A stretch of DNA of 64,000 nucleotides from Mytilus edulis (lineage: Eukaryota): positions 53,692,001-53,756,000 of the forward strand of contig NC_092353.1 of assembly GCF_963676685.1 (NCBI RefSeq). The letters run 5' to 3'. The notes beneath the pieces are model-generated. The model saw only the letters and a list, made by a program, of their open reading frames with translations, had not been told where the DNA came from and ran no database searches. Both the position numbers and the translations under genes were made by a program. Below are positions 36,535 through 49,470 of the stretch, piece after piece; positions within the stretch are counted from its first letter, which is position 1, and every line of letters starts with the position of its first letter.

Positions 36535-38088
36535 AGAAAAAGTCGAATGCACCTTACAAGAGAATAGACGTGTAATTTTCTGCTCCTGTTTTTGGGTTAC
36601 TATTTCTAGTGGATTTGGATTTAACCAGCCGGAATAAGTAAATGTGACTATCTAACAGTAATGTAAGTTGAAATACTGACATTTTTGAGAATTATACTGT
36701 GCGTATTTGTTGTTTTGTGAACTTTACTTTTTGCTGTGAAACGTTGAGGTTCTTTAAAGGGAAACAATAATGGAAAAATTACAAAAGCCTTTGGTTGCGT
36801 TAATTAACAGTGTCATAGATGATTGTGAACAATTTACATGGAATTCCAATTACCTTGGTGACAAAATGAGAATTTCATTTGTTCGGACAAGGGGTGATGC
36901 AATACATGTCAATAGAGGAATAAAGCATAAGTCCAGATCGAATAGAGACAGAGACAATAAAAGGATGAAAACATTGAAAGAAAGAATGAACAATACAGAA
37001 GACGACGTTAATAAGACACTTAACATTAATATTGAAAATTCGGAAATGGAAATGGAATCGGGTGATGATATGCTAAACGATGGAACGATAGATCTCCCAT
37101 TAGTAGCCCCCGAAAAGATAAACATTACACCTGTAGTGAAAGTTGTTCAGCGGGTTTGTGTATCGCTGGACAAAACAATCAATTTAAAGGACAATGAAAT
37201 AACGGAAAGTATAGTGTGTCAAGGGTCGCGAACTCAACGGAATTTACACACGGATGTTAAGGATAAAGAAAATAGACAAATAGACAAAATAAAAACTATC
37301 GCTACGAAATAAAAAATTACAGGGAAGAGTCCGTGTACAGATAGTCATTTTCAGAAAGTTGTGTACAGCCAACGATCAGAAGGAAGTTGTGTTATAGGGA
37401 AATTAAAAAAGAGAGACACGGTAGTTATATGTACTATAGGGAAACGTGGTGAAGCGCGTCATGTAAATTTAGAGACTGATAAAACGGAATATGAAACCGC
37501 AATGTCTTACGTCTACAGATTTAGAGACATTAGAAAATCGGACGATGATGAATTAAAGTGTCATGTTCGTGGTATTCCAAGGATTGAAAGATACACAGAG
37601 ATACATAAACTTTGTTTGTGGTGTTTTGATGAATAAACTGTTTTAAGGAGGGGGACAATACATGTTGAATACTTGTAATAATTTTAAAATAATTTGTGTG
37701 ATGTATCATAATTCTGGTCTGGAAACCAACCGTTTTTTTTTTTTATTAAACAACCAACATTAATTAAAATAGATCATTTGAGTATTTAAACATTTCGCAT
37801 TTTTTTCTCTCCTTGTAATAGTTGAACTGTTGTTTTTATTATTTTATTTAAAACTAGTAAAAAGTAAAAAAAAAGAAGGAATACAAGATTAAAGTATTAG
37901 CAAGTTAATTTTTAGAGAGTCATTTAAGGATGAAATAAAATAAGGAAATATATAGATTTTACATGTAAAATTAGAATATTTTCCATTTCAGAGAAAGGAC
38001 AATAATAATCTACATTGTTTTCATTTATGTGTAATGCAAACTGTGATATGTATATATGAATTGTGAATATAATAAAGATAAAAAAAAA
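36535..38088 (+). mobile_element. 1554 bp polyadenylated insertion, probable non-autonomous non-LTR retroelement with ORF1-like coding region
   Basis: Ends in AATAAAgat(A)9 and is flanked by identical 147 bp direct repeats (36388-36534, 38089-38235). Confidence 0.75.
36770..37636 (+). pseudogene. ~288-codon ORF of unknown function broken by one in-frame TAA (37310-37312)
   Basis: The 180 aa and 91 aa ORFs are in the same frame with no other stop between them; basic KHKSRSNRDRDNKR patch; no EN or RT motifs. Confidence 0.6.
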
Positions 38089-41000
38089 GCATCGGACTAC
38101 TAACACAAAGGTTCCTAGTTCGATTCCCGTTGGGATGAAAATTTCAGGGACTGAATTTTCGGCGCTCCCTTGACACCAATTGCGACTATGGTCTTGAGGA
38201 AACGATGATAGTCCGTCGGAAGGAGACGATAAATGGCTGACCCGTGTTAAGAGAGAGCTATATCTCTTGCACGTTAAAGACACCCTTGTAGATTTCGAAA
38301 AAGAGCAGGCTAATGCCGCTACAAGGCAGCACTCGCCCCCGCAAAGTTGAAAGGGATTAATATAAGTTGTAAAACTTGTTTCCCAATCCACTATCAATAA
38401 ATATGTTTAAACTAACCAACTTAATTATTTTTAACAGAACTTTCATTTTCATGATTGACTGACTCTCATTGTTTCATTCCAAATGAAAGTCAAAATATGA
38501 AGCAGACTTGAATGAATATATTATATTGTATCTGTTATTGTCATCTAAATGGAAGAGATGCCTTCAACATAGTCCCCAAATGGGATAACATGTTTTAGCG
38601 GACACTAAAGTAAGTGAATGATTTTTGCTTCTTTCCATTTTGTTTTTCAGCTTTTGTATTAGGTCCGCCTCATCAGAAAAAATAGTCTCTTGCTCAAACA
38701 AAACGAAAATGAAACAGAAGTTACAAACGATATATCAAATGTCTAACCTAATGATACAACACAACGAACTTCGTCGTACTTTGCATACAGAGTCTTTTAG
38801 TAAAATATCAATATTATGATACAATAAAACAGCGTAAGAGTAAATCCAATGTTCAAAATACACGATTATAGCCAGATGACTTTTGTGAATAAGGCTGTAT
38901 GATATTTGTTTTTCCTTTTTAAAAATTTAATCAACACCCAAAGTGCAGGCCTCATCAGTTTCCTGATATATTAGAATGTAAATGTACTAATAGGATACAC
39001 TTTCACCAAAAGATAGCAAAGCGAGAACAAAATTCATAATGCACATAAAAAACAAAAGTTTTTTCAAGGTCAAACTTTCCTGAGTTTTGTAACCCGAATT
39101 AGCACACACTCTAATAGTACTTATACATGTATGATGTACAGAGTGAAACAAAATGTAATCTCAATAACGAACAAAAAATTAAATCTTCAGATATATTTTT
39201 TGAATAAATGTTTATACGAAAAGGAATAAATCATAGGATGGATTGATGAAAAAGGGGACAAACGATAATAAACAGAAACCAGGTTAGTCAGCTATTTGAT
39301 ACAGATAATTCATGTGTGACTTGATGAATATTTACAACATTATTCTATATATTTATGGAATTATCTCCCCTGGCTTACAAACATTAAATCATGTGACCAT
39401 TTACCTTCCTTTTCCACAGAAATGTTCTATTGATAAGACTAAATTAGGTATGTCATTTTATCATTTTATTTCTGTATATTACAGTCACATTTTACACAGA
39501 CATCCACACAACCACACATACTATAACTATGTAGTAGGAATTTTCTTCAACTGTTTTATTTTATGTTGATCAACTTTCGTTTCAGTTGTTTTATGAGATA
39601 TGTTAGAACACTTTGAATGTCGTACTAATTATGCCTATTTCAACTATGTTTTTATTGTGTGCCTTGAGTTATGTGGAGTTTTGTCTTTACTGTTTCCGCG
39701 TAATGCGTTGTTGGGGACATAGACATATTAGGCGTCCTTAAATACCGTCTTTCCGTCCGCATGTCTGTCCGTTCGGTCTTGTTTAATAGCGCGCTCTTAC
39801 TAATATCCACAATTCTTGCCATTTTTTTAAAACTTATAACATAGGTTTACATCAAAAACGTATTCGACTATATAGTTCGATAAGCAGTTCTGATCATGTA
39901 TTTATAAAACAGATAGAACGTATATAAGCCATTTAGAATCATTAATTGGAACATCGCATTGTCAGCGCAATCATTTGTACAATTTGTAACAGAATTTTAT
40001 AAAACTTATACGATAGGTTGTATTATTAAAATCTAATACGAGTGCGAGAAGCAATGACAATCAATATTTTTTAATACACGTGTTACGAAAATGTATATGC
40101 TCGACGCTGAGGTTGACAAATTAGACTTTAAATGCCGGTATCGGATCAAAGCAAACAAGTTATTTAAAGATTTTAATTACCTGTGCACCAATTGAATCAT
40201 TGTGTAAAACTGCACAGTAATGATGTCCGCTTATATTTTCTTCAATAACAAACGTCTTTTTAAAAACTTTATCACAGTTAATTTCCTTTTGAATATTCCT
40301 TAAGGAACAAATGTGATACAATGATTCTTTTGTGAAGAATACAATTGATATACCCCGCTTAACTTTTGAAAAAAAGGAGGAAAGGGGGAGGATATATATT
40401 TTTTCATTAACCTAGGAACAGTGTATCCAATTTCACTTTATATGGAATACATTTCCTTGGATTGTGTCTTTTGCGGACTAGTATATACTACTCTGTGTGA
40501 TACCTACTAAGAAAAAGATTGATTTATTTTATATTATTTTCATGTAAAATGTGACCGGTTTGACCCAACAACACCTTATATATATACCTGCAAAGTTTCG
40601 AAATATTCCGCTTTGTAGTTTCTGAGGTACGAGTTATAACCCATGGGAAAAAAATTATAACGGAAAATTGCACTACATTTTCTTTGAAGCATTCAACTAT
40701 TTAAGGGGATACATAACACCTAAGATAAGATAACTCTTACTCATATTCCGATTCTTTGCTACGTTTTAAAATCATGTGCAATATGCAAGCTTTTAAAAGA
40801 TCATGATCAGAATGTTTACATTATTGCTAAGAGCAGCTGTACACCATTTGTTATTCATTTAATCTTTTAATCCATTTAAATTTACTCATTTTCAATAAAT
40901 GAATTTTCAAAGAGACATAAAAGGGAAATTTCAGAGTGAAACAAATTACCAAATGAAAACTAGGACGTTGGAAAAAGGGGGAATTGCACCAGGATATTTT

Positions 41001-44000
41001 TTTTAAGCTCGGGATTTCGGGATTTCGGGATAAGGGAATTCTTTTTTCAAACTTCGAAATAGCGGGATTTAAATTTATTTAAACTTGGGATTTCGTGTTT
41101 TTAGCCCGGGATTTCGGGACCCCTTCTACCTACCCGGCTCCCCCATCTGACATCATTTCTTGAATTTTAATTTTTTTTTCTTTAGGGACCTGCAATTTTA
41201 TCCTGAAATTGTTTACATCAATTGTAATCTGCTTGTTATGCCAAATTACTGATGCTGTTTTTGTTTACTCAATGCGTGTCTTGCCTTTTCTCAAATTTCA
41301 TCCAAGCCTCCGACAATAAAATGTTAACTAAATAAATAAATAAACCATGGACAATTATACAATGCTTCTGTTCCTAGATCTTCGTACAAAATTGATTAAA
41401 ATCAAAACTAAATGGACTCAACAACACTTTTTTTTAAAACCATACCTGTAGTTTTTAATGAAATATGGGCTTAGTAATTAATATACGTAGTAATGTTAAA
41501 TAGGTTATGAATAATTTATAATAATTTCTGGCATACATTTTTGAAGTGCAATTGAATATTTTATTACATGATTTATATTCATGTAAAAATTAAGAAGATA
41601 CCGAGGGGGATAATCAACCGTCCACCAGTGCATCATTAACATGTCATGGAACAAAGACAAGAAGAAGAAAAAAACATCCTATTCAGTCCACAAGACAATA
41701 CACACATGTATGTGCTTAAATATTCATCTGAATAAAAAAATATTACATCTTTCTAGTATCTTTTTTCAACCTTTATCCTGACAGGTGTAGAAAATAAACG
41801 GGTGTCTTCTATTCCGTCCGCAATTTTAGGGAAATAAAAGTCTATATTTAGAATCGTGGTTGAAACTGAAACTACACATGTATGATATAAATAGAACATG
41901 TTATTTTTGCATTATCAATGAATTTCGAAGGGATAGCAAAATTTGTTATTTTCCTTTTATTGTGCTTTTGTCATGTTTGTGTATCTTTCTGATTTTTTTT
42001 TTTTATCAAATGCAATTTTGAAATAAATATAAAAAAGAAAGTGTGGTGTTATACTGCAAGTGACAAGTGATTTTTTTTCTTCTCAAGTTTCAATTCAAGA
42101 TTATTTCTGAATGGAGTAATCGTTCTCTATAATAATAAGGGGCCCAAAAAATAATGTGAAACTTGTAAATGCCGTGCTTTTAACTAAAAACGAACTTGAT
42201 TTCACAGTATAAGGATTTTGCACAGTCAGCTCTATTTCATCTCTCATGAGCCATCATTCTTTGCACGAATAGTTTTGTTCTTAAGTTTTGAATTGTATAT
42301 TTTTGTATTGTTGAATCTGTAGACCAATAAATTGAAAATCTTGCTCATGTAAAGCATCTGCCAACTTTAAAGCTTTTCCCTATGTATCATAGGTTTTTGA
42401 CGTGTCAAATCAAAAATCAGTAACATCCTTTTTTTGCCCCTGCAACTAAATGTCAAGGAGGGTGGTATTGTGTACCCCTGTCCGTCTGTCCTTCCGTCCG
42501 TCCCATTATTGGTATATATTTGGCATATATATAACTCCTCCGTCTGTTTGATTACTAGGAAATTTTCACCTTGCTGTCTGTTGAGTAGTTAAGTACGTAC
42601 AGTGCGCGCTTCAATAGAAACTATTCCTTTTTCAAACAATTTTATGAGACCACATGTCCATTATGTATTCCGTGTTCGTGGAATGGATTGACATGTCATA
42701 AAATGTGTCTATATTGTTGTATGGTCGATTAAAGCTTGTGTATTATGATTTTTTTAAAGTAAATATTAATTCATAACTACATAAATGTCATGGCCCGTAC
42801 AAGTGTTTCTTACAAAAAAACACAATTATCATCATCGTGATCAACCTTCAAGGTCACATGAAGGTCACAATTTTAAAAAGGCACACTACCTCATGATGAT
42901 AAATCCACATGCCAAAGATGTAAGACCTAGGTCAAGGGCGAAGAAGTTATGGCCTACATGGTTGTGTTTTTCATGAAAAAAACAATATAAAGTTGACCTT
43001 GAGGTCATATTTGAAGGTCACAATAAGGTCATCATGATGCAAGACACTTAACCCCGTGATGATACATCCACATGCCAAATATCTAAGGCCTAGTTCAAAA
43101 GACGAAAAAAAATATGGCCATTATGTACTTTTTGAATAGATTTTGCCCTTTTTTAATGAACCAATTTGAGGGTGGGGGATACTTTAAACTAAAATACCAA
43201 AAAATCTAACGGTTAAAATTTTTAAAAATTGTGCAAGAACAACCGACTAGTATAGTACTCCAAATGCTTAGTTTTTTGAAAAAATTAAACGACACATTTT
43301 TTTCCAAAAAAAAATTCTTCTTCAAATACTAGAAGCACAGCATTCACTTTTGGGGGCTGATTTTGACACCCCCTATTAAATTTCAGGCAAAATTTTAAAT
43401 CTAGAATAAAAGACTTATAAGGAAAGGGTATCAGTGAACTAATATTTACCTCAGCTATCATTATTAGCTATGCTATTGTCAATTTAGGATTAAGTTTTAA
43501 AAATTTTAACATATTTAACCCCATACCCATATTTCAGAAACTTCCAATTTTGGCTGATTCTAGTATCTAAAAGATGCTATATTTGAGTTGCCAAATTTTT
43601 TAAACGTATGGTTCAAATCTTTTAAAATTTTTACAAGATGTTTAGGTGGGCCTAGTTTATCAATGAAAAAAAAATTAAAACAAATTAAACGACGGGATTT
43701 TTTTTGGGGTATAGTGTTGGGTACCCCCTTAAGATTATTATAGAAAAGTTTTTACAAGGACAATAACCGAAAAAAAAGTTTTTTGTAATTGTCCTTGTAC
43801 CTTAACAGATAAGAAAAGCCGTTCAAGGCGGAGGACATGTTATGTATGCCATTTCCTGAACATTAGCCTGTAAAAATATATAATGATATTGAATTTAAAT
43901 GAAACTTAAACTTTATACTAATATTAAAGGCCATTAAGATAAAATTAAATTATAACCTTTAAAGTATGCGAGACATTTCCCCATATATTAGATAAAATTG

Positions 44001-44097
44001 AGAATGTAAATGGGGAATGTGTCAAAGAGACAACAACCCGACCATAGAAAAAAACACAACAGTATTCATTCAAGTACATGCAATCTATTTTAGGATT

Positions 44098-45771
44098 ATG
44101 GCCACCAATTGGGGTATTTGTGGTATTTGTGAAAACCTTCAGATTACCAAACCTTCAGTAGTATGGTGTTCCGAATGTGACGAAGGACTATGTGAGGATT
44201 GTAAGAAACATCACGCAGTTTCCAAGGCATCAAAAAACCATGAAACCGTTTCTATCGCCAAATACAAAAACTTACCCACCGAAGTCCTGCAAATATCTCA
44301 GACCTGCAAACTTCATAATGAGAAATACGAGCTGTTTTGCGCAAAACACGATTGTCCTTGCTGTAAGAAATGTGTGAAATCTCACAACGATTGTAAAGGT
44401 TTAACTGACATAAATGAACTCATAAAAAACGTAAAAACTTCAAACGCATTTAATGAAATCGAACAAAACCTGCAGGAAGTCGTCGAGAATATAAAACGAC
44501 TAAGCACAAACAGGAATGAAAATTTAAAATCTATAGAAAACAAGAAAAGAGAAATTGAAGCAGCAATAAAACAAACCAGGATAAACGTTAATCATCACCT
44601 TGATAAACTTCAGGATGACTTGATTAAAGAACTTATGACAGTTGAACAAAGAGAAAAAAGCAAAATAGAAAAATTGTTAACTTCTCTACAAAAGAAGGAA
44701 AAAGAAATCGCTGAAGTACAAGAAAACTTTGCCAGTATTAAAAATCATGCGTCAGAACTTCAAACATTTTTAACAATGAAAGATATCGAAAAAGATATTA
44801 TAGGCGAAGAAAAATTTATCAAATCGATTGCCACAAGTGACTCCACAAATCAAGTCACTATTTCATGTCAGATTAACAAGTATTTACAGCAAATAACAGC
44901 CAGCATGCAGAAGTTTGGAGAAATTAATGTCAGTTCTGATCCATGTGATTTTACCATTCAGAAACGGAAGGACAGACAAGCCCAGATTATGGTCACTCTT
45001 CCAACCAGAGATATCTATAACCTGACTCTGACATTACAGAAACGTATCAAGCCAAAGTTGTCAAATATCTGTGGTTGTTCATTGCTTCCAGGTGATCGGA
45101 TGGTATTCTCCTCTTATATAGACGGTAAATTAACAGTACTAAAGACTGACGGATCAAAAGATTTTGAGATAAAGAACATTGGTCCAACTTGTGATGTGGT
45201 ATTTATTGGTGATGATTCTATTGCTGTAACTTCCGGTGAATCAAATCAGATTAATATAATCGACTTAAAGAAGAAATCAAAGACGAAATCAATAAAAGTG
45301 GATTCATATAATGGTGGAGTAGCATACAAAGATGGATATTTAATATATTGTGCCAAAGAGAAAGGAATACAGATGATCAGTCTGAATGACGAAACCATTA
45401 CCAATGTTAACAATACCAAACTTTCAGGTATTGCGTACGTTACAACATTCGGTGACAAATTGTTCTACACAGATTGCAATGACAGCGTAACCTGCTGTGA
45501 TTACCATGGTCACATACTGTGGACGTTCTGTGATAAAAGTGTTATCCACTCTCCACAAGGTGTCTCTGTAGATAATGATGGTAACGTGTATGTAGTTGGA
45601 TGGAAAACTAGCAACGTGGTCGTTTTCTCTCCTGATGGACAACACTACAGACAACTCTTATCAAGTGAAGATAGACTTAGCTTCCCATGGGCTCTTCATT
45701 ATGACACGTCTACCAATGAATTGTTAGTTACAAATCCATCCAATGAAGCCTTTCTGTATGATGTTAATTAA
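44098..45771 (+). CDS. RING-less TRIM-like B-box/coiled-coil/beta-propeller protein (copy B, 557 aa)
   Basis: Colinear paralog of 117-1790. The start is set at MATNW, preceded by the same acceptor context (ttttag-gatt-ATG). Confidence 0.9.
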   Translation: MATNWGICGICENLQITKPSVVWCSECDEGLCEDCKKHHAVSKASKNHETVSIAKYKNLPTEVLQISQTCKLHNEKYELFCAKHDCPCCKKCVKSHNDCKGLTDINELIKNVKTSNAFNEIEQNLQEVVENIKRLSTNRNENLKSIENKKREIEAAIKQTRINVNHHLDKLQDDLIKELMTVEQREKSKIEKLLTSLQKKEKEIAEVQENFASIKNHASELQTFLTMKDIEKDIIGEEKFIKSIATSDSTNQVTISCQINKYLQQITASMQKFGEINVSSDPCDFTIQKRKDRQAQIMVTLPTRDIYNLTLTLQKRIKPKLSNICGCSLLPGDRMVFSSYIDGKLTVLKTDGSKDFEIKNIGPTCDVVFIGDDSIAVTSGESNQINIIDLKKKSKTKSIKVDSYNGGVAYKDGYLIYCAKEKGIQMISLNDETITNVNNTKLSGIAYVTTFGDKLFYTDCNDSVTCCDYHGHILWTFCDKSVIHSPQGVSVDNDGNVYVVGWKTSNVVVFSPDGQHYRQLLSSEDRLSFPWALHYDTSTNELLVTNPSNEAFLYDVN

Positions 45772-46449
45772 TAAGACATGATGGTTGACTTTTTCAATCT
45801 TACTCAACATTTTCTTGATCTCGATTACCAATATTATTCTAATAAAATTATATATATTTTTTTTGTGATCTAATTAAGATCTGTTTAAAATTATTTTATA
45901 GCGTTATTAACTGACAATTTCTGTATTGGCCCTGTTATAGATTTGAGATTAGCTGTATTGGACCCGAGACTCGACGACATCTTATCGAGATTATACAGAA
46001 AAATTAAACTTCTAAGGATTCATTATTATTCGTGGGGTACAAGTTTTAGTGGATTTCGTTGGTATAGATATACCACAAATTACAGTTAGGAGACAGCAAT
46101 TCATCTACAAAGTTGATCTAAGGACAGTTCCATATGAGTAATAGAAAATGTCTGTCATACGTTTTCGAGACAGCAACTCATCGAAAAAAGTATATTTTGA
46201 CAGTTCCGTATAAATAAAAGGAGATTTCAAATAACATCCCGACTTAATATCAAAAACAGTTTAATTTGAAGATGTCTGTTAAAAATACAGTTCAGTATAA
46301 ATAAACAAGGAAGTGCGTTACATGTATACGAGACCAAATTAACATAAAGACTTCCAATTTAAGTAATGAAGATGTTGGTATTAAGTATATGAGGTATTTA
46401 GGCAATGTCGGAATAATTAAAATAATCAATTCGCATCAAATACGTTCTA

Positions 46450-49400
46450 TGATTATCAATTAGGATATTCGGTCATGATTATCAATACGGAGCTTTTGTC
46501 ATGATTATCAATAAGGAGATTCGGACATGATAGTCAATAAGGAGATTCGGGATGATTATCAATATGGAGATTCGGACATGATTGTCAATAAGGAGATTTA
46601 GACATGATTGTCAAAAAGGCGATTCGGTCACGACTGTCAATAAGGAGATTCGGAATGATAATCAATAATGACATTTAGACATAATTGTCAATAAGGAGAT
46701 TTCGACATGATTGTCAATAAGAAGATTCGGTCCCGACTATCAATAACGAGATTCGGTCCCAATTGTCCATAAGGAGATTCGGGATGATTATCAATAAGGA
46801 TATTTGGACATGATAGTCAATAAGGAGATTCGGTCCCAACTGTCAATAAGGAGATTCTGGATAATTATCAATAAGGACATTTGGACATGATTGCCAATAA
46901 TGAGGTCGGTAATGATTGTTAATAATTAAATTCGGTCATGATTGTCAATAAAGATATTCGGACATGATTGTCAATAAGGAGATTTGGTCATGTTTGTCAA
47001 TAGGGAAATTCGGTCCTGATTGTCAATATGGAAGATAAAGAAAATGTGGTATTACGTATATGAATATGTTAGACAGTGTGAAAATAAGAAAAAAAATCAA
47101 TACGCATTAAATACGTTGAATGATTATCAATAAGGAGATTCGGACATGATTGTTGATAACACATGGATAAGGAAATTTGGTCATGATTATTAATAAGGAG
47201 ATTTGGACATCATTGTGAATACTGAGGTCGGTCATGATTGTCAACTACGAAATTCGGTCAAGATTTACAATAAGGAAATTCGGTCATGATTGACAATAAG
47301 GAAATTCGGTCATGATTTTCAATAAAGATATTCAGTCCTGGTTATCAATAAGGATATTTGGACATTATTGTCAATAAGCAGATTAGGTCATGATTGTCAA
47401 TAAGGAAATTCGGTCCGGATTGTCAATAAGGAGATTCGGACATTATTGTCAATCAGGAGATTCAGTCCCGATTGTCAATAAGGAGATTCGGTCATGATTT
47501 TCAATAAAGAGATTCAGTCCTGGTTATCAATAAGGATATTTGGACATTATTGTCAATAAGGAGATTTGGACATGATTGTCAATAAGAAGATTTGGACATG
47601 ATTGTCAATAAGGAGATTTGGACATGATTGTCAATAAGGAGGTCGGTCATGATTGTTAATAAGGAAATTCGGTCATGATTTTCAATAAAGAGAGTCGGTC
47701 ATGGTTACCAATAAGGAGATTTTGACATGATTGTCACTAAGGAGATTATGTCATGATTGCCCAGAGGGAAATTTGGTCATGATTGTCAATAAGGAGATTC
47801 GGGATGATTATCTATAAGGAGATGTGGACATGGTGGTCAATAAAGAGGTCGGTCATGAATGTTAATCAGGAAATTCGGTCATAATTTTCAGTAAAGAGAT
47901 TCGGTCATGGTTATCAATAAGGAGATTTACGCAAGATTGTCTATAAGGAGATTAGGTCCTGATTGTCAATATGAAAATTCGGTCTTGAGTGTCAAAAAGG
48001 AGATTTTGACATGATTGTCAATAGGGAGAGTCGGTCACGATTGTCAATAAGGAGATTCGGTCCCGATTGTCAATAATGAGATTCAGAATGATTATCATTA
48101 AGGACATTTGGACATGATTGTCAATAATGAGATTCGGTTCCGATTGTCTATTAGGAGATTAGGATATCATTGTCAATAAGGAAGATAAGAAAGATGATGG
48201 TATTACGTATATAAATAGCTTGGGCAATGAAATAAGAAAAATAATCCTAACGCATTTAATACGTTGTATGATTATCAATCAGGAGATTCGGACATTTTTG
48301 TTAATAAGGAAATTCGGTCATGCTTATCAAAAAGGAGATTTAGGCATGATTGTCAATAAGGAGGTCGGACATTATTGTCAATAAGGAAATTTGGTAATGA
48401 TTTTCAATAAGGAGATTCGGTCGTGATTGTCAATAAGGAAATTCGGTCATTCTTATAAATAAGAAGATTTAGTCAGTTTTGTCAATAAGGAGATCATGTC
48501 ATGAATGTCAATAAGGAGATTCGGTCCTGATTTCCAGTAAGGAACTTCGGTCATGATTATCAATAATGAGATTTGGACATGTTTGTCAATAAGACGACGT
48601 ACTATGAGTATCAAAGAGAAGAGATGGTATGATTGTCAATAGGAAGATGTTGTATGATTGCCTATTAGAAAATGTTGTACGATTGTCAATAATGAGATGT
48701 GATATGATTGCCTATAAGAAAAGAGGGACGAAAGATACCAAAGGGACAGTCAAACTCATAAATCTAAAACAAACTGACAACGCCATGGCTAAAAATGAAA
48801 AAAAAACCCAGAAAAACAAAAGAACACATGACACAACATAGAAAACTAAAGAATAAACAACACGAACCCCACCAAAAACTAGGGGTGATCTCAGGTGCTC
48901 CGGAAGGGTAAGCAGATCCTGTTCCACATGTGGCACCCGTCGTGTTGCTTATGTGATTACAAATCCGGTAAATAGTCTAATTCGGTAGGTCACATTTATG
49001 ATTTTCGATAAGAAATGTAGTATGATGGTCAATAAGAAGATTGCTTTCATTTTCAATAATGAGATGCAGAATGAGTTTCAATTAGGTGACGTGATATGTA
49101 TTGTTGTATGATTGCTAATACGGCAATGTCATAAAAATGTCAATTTGTTAACGTGGTACGATTTTTCAATAAGAAAATGAGTTATGATTGTCAATAATGA
49201 GTATTGTATGATTGAAAATATCTAAATAGCAAGATGTGGTTTGATTGTGGGTAGAAGATATAGCAAAATATTTAATGACTAGATGTGGCTTAATGAGAAT
49301 ATGATATAACGAATTATTATGAATAAAAAGCGCTGTATGATTGTCATTAAGAAAATATAGGTGCGATTGATATCAAAGAGAGGCAATCACGATGGTCAAT

Positions 49401-49470
49401 AAGGATATGCGATTTTCTTATCAATAAGGAGATGTGGCTTGATTGTCAATAAGGATATGTGGTTTCATTA
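46450..49470 (+). repeat. ~3 kb 26 bp minisatellite (gattgtcaataaggagattcggtcat)n grading into the 25 bp agatgtgg variant
   Basis: Directly visible. A non-unit spacer (ggaagataa...tacgcatt) recurs at ~46370, ~47030 and ~48180, implying higher-order duplication. Confidence 0.9.
48718..48995 (-). repeat. Interspersed repeat inserted in the minisatellite
   Basis: Inverted near-identical copy of 8005-8253. Confidence 0.8.

Larger units (their letters stand above)
36368..38415 (+). mobile_element. tRNA-derived SINE with Meta-like central domain, split by an insertion
   Basis: A box TGGTGTAGTGG (36372), B box GTTCGATTCCC (36417), central gtccgtcggaaggagacgataaa...gcacgttaaaga. The body resumes at 38089 and ends ~38415. 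Confidence 0.8.

Noticed and set aside
44017-44097. 27 aa N-terminal extension of the 584 aa ORF
   Set aside because: It comes from a dispersed repeat fragment (gaatgtgtcaaagagacaacaacccgacc, inverted copy at ~53765-53815) and is absent in copy A. The true start is 44098.
46450-48600. CRISPR-like appearance of regular repeats
   Set aside because: Head-to-tail units with no unique spacers, no cas genes and a eukaryotic context.
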